A stretch of DNA of 64,000 bases, from the NCBI GenBank assembly GCA_963716745.1, contig OY970320.1, positions 2,048,001 through 2,112,000 on the forward strand, in the 5' to 3' direction. The notes under the pieces are model-generated. The model made no database searches, had not been told where the DNA came from, and worked only from the letters and a program-made list of their open reading frames with translations. A program made the position numbers and the translations under genes. Positions within the stretch are counted from its first letter, which is position 1; the number at the start of each line of letters is the position of its first letter. This document shows positions 61,617 to 64,000 of this stretch, one piece after another. The stretch comes from an uncultured Gemmatimonadaceae bacterium. Lineage in GTDB: Bacteria > Gemmatimonadota > Gemmatimonadetes > Gemmatimonadales > Gemmatimonadaceae.

Positions 61617-63344
61617 CTACCAGAGCGTGAAGTGCTGATCGAGCGCGGCCGTGGAATTCGCGCCCGCGACGAGAATGAACCGATCGCCATGATCCACGAC
61701 CAGATCGGGCCGCGGCGCGAGCATGTGGTCGCCGCGCAACACGGTGAGGATCGACGTATCGCTGAGCGCGAGGTGCGCGGACGCGTCGCTGAATGTTTGA
61801 CCCACCAGGGCGCTCGCGGGGCGCAGACTGGCCACGACCAGGCGGCGTCCGCCCGGCAGATCCACCGGGATGCCGGCGCGCAGCTGCGACATCAACTTTC
61901 GCTGCTCCTCGGCTGAGTCGTCGCGGAATCCGCGATCCCGCAGGATCTGCAGCGCGATCTCGAGGTGATGTTCATGGTGCGCCGGAGAGTCGGCGCTGCT
62001 CTCCACCTGAGCTTCGTACATGCTGCGGAACTTCACGTGGCGCGAGAGCCTCCGCTGCACGAGATAGCTGAGGATCACGGCAAGCGTGGCCGGCACGAGC
62101 AGCGTGTATCCGCCCGTCATCTCGGTCACCATCATCATCGTCGCGATAGGCACGTGCGCGGCGCCGGCGAAGACGGCGGCCATCCCGACGACGACGAAGG
62201 GCGCCGCCGGAAGATGCGTGATCGCGGCGAATGCCCCGCCGAGCATGGCGCCCGCGAACAGCGTGGGCGCGAACACGCCGCCGGATCCGCCGGAGCCGAC
62301 GCTCAGGCTCATCGCGATCACCTTGGCGAGCACGAGCAGGGCGAGCACACCGAGCGTCAGCTGGCCGTCGATCGCCTGCTGCATCCATCCGTAGCCGCCG
62401 CCGATCACCTTCGGCACGGCCACTGCCAAGAGTCCCATGAGCAGTCCGCCGATCGCCGGCTTGAGGAAGGGCTTCACCGGCAGGCGCTGGAACCACTGAT
62501 GCGTTCCGTAGAAGATCGCGGGCGTGATGGTGGCGAGGACGCCCGCGGCGACGCCGAGCAGGATGTACCAGCCGTGCTCGAGCGTCCCGGGCACCTGGTC
62601 GGCGAGGTCGGAGAACCGGAAGAGCGGCTGCCAGCCGACGACCATCCCATTCACCGCGTACGCGACGATGGCGCCGAGCGCGGTATAGAGCAGGGCGCCG
62701 GGTTCGAACTCCATGTCGGCGTACAGGATCTCGACGGCGAGCAGCGCCGCGCCGATCGGCGAGCGGAAGATCGCGGAGAGCCCCGCCGCCATGCCGACGA
62801 GCAGCAGGATGCGCCGCTCCTCGCCGGTGCGGCCCGTGAGCGTCGCGTATACGGAGCCGACGCCGCCGGTGATGAGCGCCATCGGTCCCTCGCGTCCCGC
62901 CGACCCGCCCGAGCCGATCGTGATGGCCGACGCGATGAGCTTCACGAACGGGATCCGTGCACGCATCTCGCCGTCGGTGCGGTGGAAGGCGCGTATCACC
63001 GCGTCGGTCCCGTGGCCTTCCGCCTCGGGCGCCAGCCGCGCGGCGAGCACGCCGACGATGAGGCCGCCAAGGGCCGTCGAGACCGGAACCAGCCAGAGTC
63101 CGTGCGGGCCGATGATCTCGACCGGCGACCCGCCTTCGTTCGGCAGGCCCGGCGGGTGGTAGCCGGCGATCCCCCAGAGCATCAGCCGGTCCATCAGGCG
63201 GAGGAACGCCGTGAACATCTGCGCAAAAACCGCGCCGGCGACGCCCAGCGCGATCGTGTCGATCAGCAGGCGCCGCGCGCGCGCATCCACGGAGCGGCCG
63301 GGTGCCACGAAGAGCGCGTCGCGCGAGAGGGCGGGGAGGCGCAC
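61617..63344 (-). CDS. CLC chloride channel/antiporter with C-terminal TrkA_C-like domain
   Basis: GSGGSAGREGP, FRSPIGA, GSGGSGGVFAP, EMTG; terminal RGD..P-PD....GD. Confidence 0.92.
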   Translation of the reverse strand: MRLPALSRDALFVAPGRSVDARARRLLIDTIALGVAGAVFAQMFTAFLRLMDRLMLWGIAGYHPPGLPNEGGSPVEIIGPHGLWLVPVSTALGGLIVGVLAARLAPEAEGHGTDAVIRAFHRTDGEMRARIPFVKLIASAITIGSGGSAGREGPMALITGGVGSVYATLTGRTGEERRILLLVGMAAGLSAIFRSPIGAALLAVEILYADMEFEPGALLYTALGAIVAYAVNGMVVGWQPLFRFSDLADQVPGTLEHGWYILLGVAAGVLATITPAIFYGTHQWFQRLPVKPFLKPAIGGLLMGLLAVAVPKVIGGGYGWMQQAIDGQLTLGVLALLVLAKVIAMSLSVGSGGSGGVFAPTLFAGAMLGGAFAAITHLPAAPFVVVGMAAVFAGAAHVPIATMMMVTEMTGGYTLLVPATLAVILSYLVQRRLSRHVKFRSMYEAQVESSADSPAHHEHHLEIALQILRDRGFRDDSAEEQRKLMSQLRAGIPVDLPGGRRLVVASLRPASALVGQTFSDASAHLALSDTSILTVLRGDHMLAPRPDLVVDHGDRFILVAGANSTAALDQHFTLW

Positions 63345-63347
63345 GGG

Positions 63348-63839
63348 TCAGCGCCGTTTCCGCGCGGGCGGGTCTTCGAACAGCAGCGACGCGGCGCCCG
63401 GCGCGAGCTTGAGCGTGCGCGCGAGCGACCGCAGCCCGCGTTCGAGCGCCCGCGTATCGACGTCGGAGAGCTCCTCGAGGGCGCGGATCACGCGCGCGGT
63501 GGTGGGCGCGGGCGCGTGGCGCAGCACGCGCCGGCCGGCCGCCGTGAGCGACACCGTGACGCTGCGGGCATCGGCGGCGGAACGGTGCTTGCGGGCGAGC
63601 CCGGCACGCGCCAGCCGCTGCACGACGATCGACGCGGTGCTCGCGCTCGTCCGCGCACTCTTGGCGAGCTCGTTCACGGAGAGCGGTCCGCGCGACCGGA
63701 GTTCCTGCAGCAGGAACAGCTGTGCGTTGGTGATGCCCGTGCGCGATTCCACCGTTCGCGCCGACCGTCGCAATTCTTCCACGATGGCGCGCAGCAGAGC
63801 GAGCGCCTGGGAGCGGGCGCGGGAAGGCGGGCGCTTCAC
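63348..63839 (-). CDS. MarR family transcriptional regulator
   Basis: GIT-AQL-LL, ELA, S---RL---GL, DARS--V-LT--G. Confidence 0.9.
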   Translation of the reverse strand: MKRPPSRARSQALALLRAIVEELRRSARTVESRTGITNAQLFLLQELRSRGPLSVNELAKSARTSASTASIVVQRLARAGLARKHRSAADARSVTVSLTAAGRRVLRHAPAPTTARVIRALEELSDVDTRALERGLRSLARTLKLAPGAASLLFEDPPARKRR

Positions 63840-63862
63840 GCCGGGCGGACTGGGAACATTTG

Positions 63863-63876
63863 TGTTGACGTCAACA
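63863..63876. promoter_or_regulatory. Probable MarR operator
   Basis: Perfect palindrome TGTTGACGTCAACA between marR and the divergent gene. Confidence 0.65.
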
Positions 63877-63925
63877 TAATATACATTGGATTCGCCCGCC
63901 ACTCTCACGTCTTGGAGGTACGGCC

Positions 63926-64000
63926 ATGTTCCGCACGACGCTTCACCCGTTCTGGCGCATCACCGCGACGGCGGTGATCGCCGCCGCCGCGTCCGCCTGC
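63926..64000 (+). CDS. 3'-partial lipoprotein
   Basis: GGAGG RBS; MFRTTLHPFWRITATAVIAAAASAC lipobox. Confidence 0.5.
   Translation, partial: MFRTTLHPFWRITATAVIAAAASAC

Noticed and set aside
62995..63025. CLC selectivity motif GHGTD instead of GSGIP
   Set aside because: A variant I recall as common in prokaryotic CLCs; the gating GREGP is intact

Overview
High-GC bacterial DNA. The Gemmatimonas-style type IV pilin, PknB-like kinase and RCC1/Ig-like lipoproteins suggest Gemmatimonadota (inference). Many otherwise intact genes carry small indels, which points to unpolished long-read sequence rather than real pseudogenes. The main result is two paralogous RiPP-like loci about 40 kb apart (11.5-15.1 kb, minus; 54.8-61.2 kb, plus). 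Each has (i) a short precursor peptide with an identically spaced lasso-type leader, W-x-x-P-x-[L/C]-x5-L-T-x-L-T, but a predicted core with no Asp/Glu, (ii) a PqqD/RRE, (iii) an HPr-kinase-like P-loop kinase, (iv) a TolB-like lipoprotein and (v) a surface lipoprotein sharing an unnamed N-terminal domain. Locus 2 adds a radical SAM/SPASM-twitch enzyme. No lasso cyclase or B2 peptidase is visible. The rest of the window holds polysaccharide acylation/methylation genes, tRNA-Cys, peptidases, a cytochrome c-FTR1 iron permease with a Fur-like box, a GGDEF/EAL protein, ada-alkA, a CLC channel and MarR. It also contains several families of intergenic palindromic and heptamer-repeat elements, many bounded by CTAC/GTAG. 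All calls are by-eye motif recognition; no database search was run.
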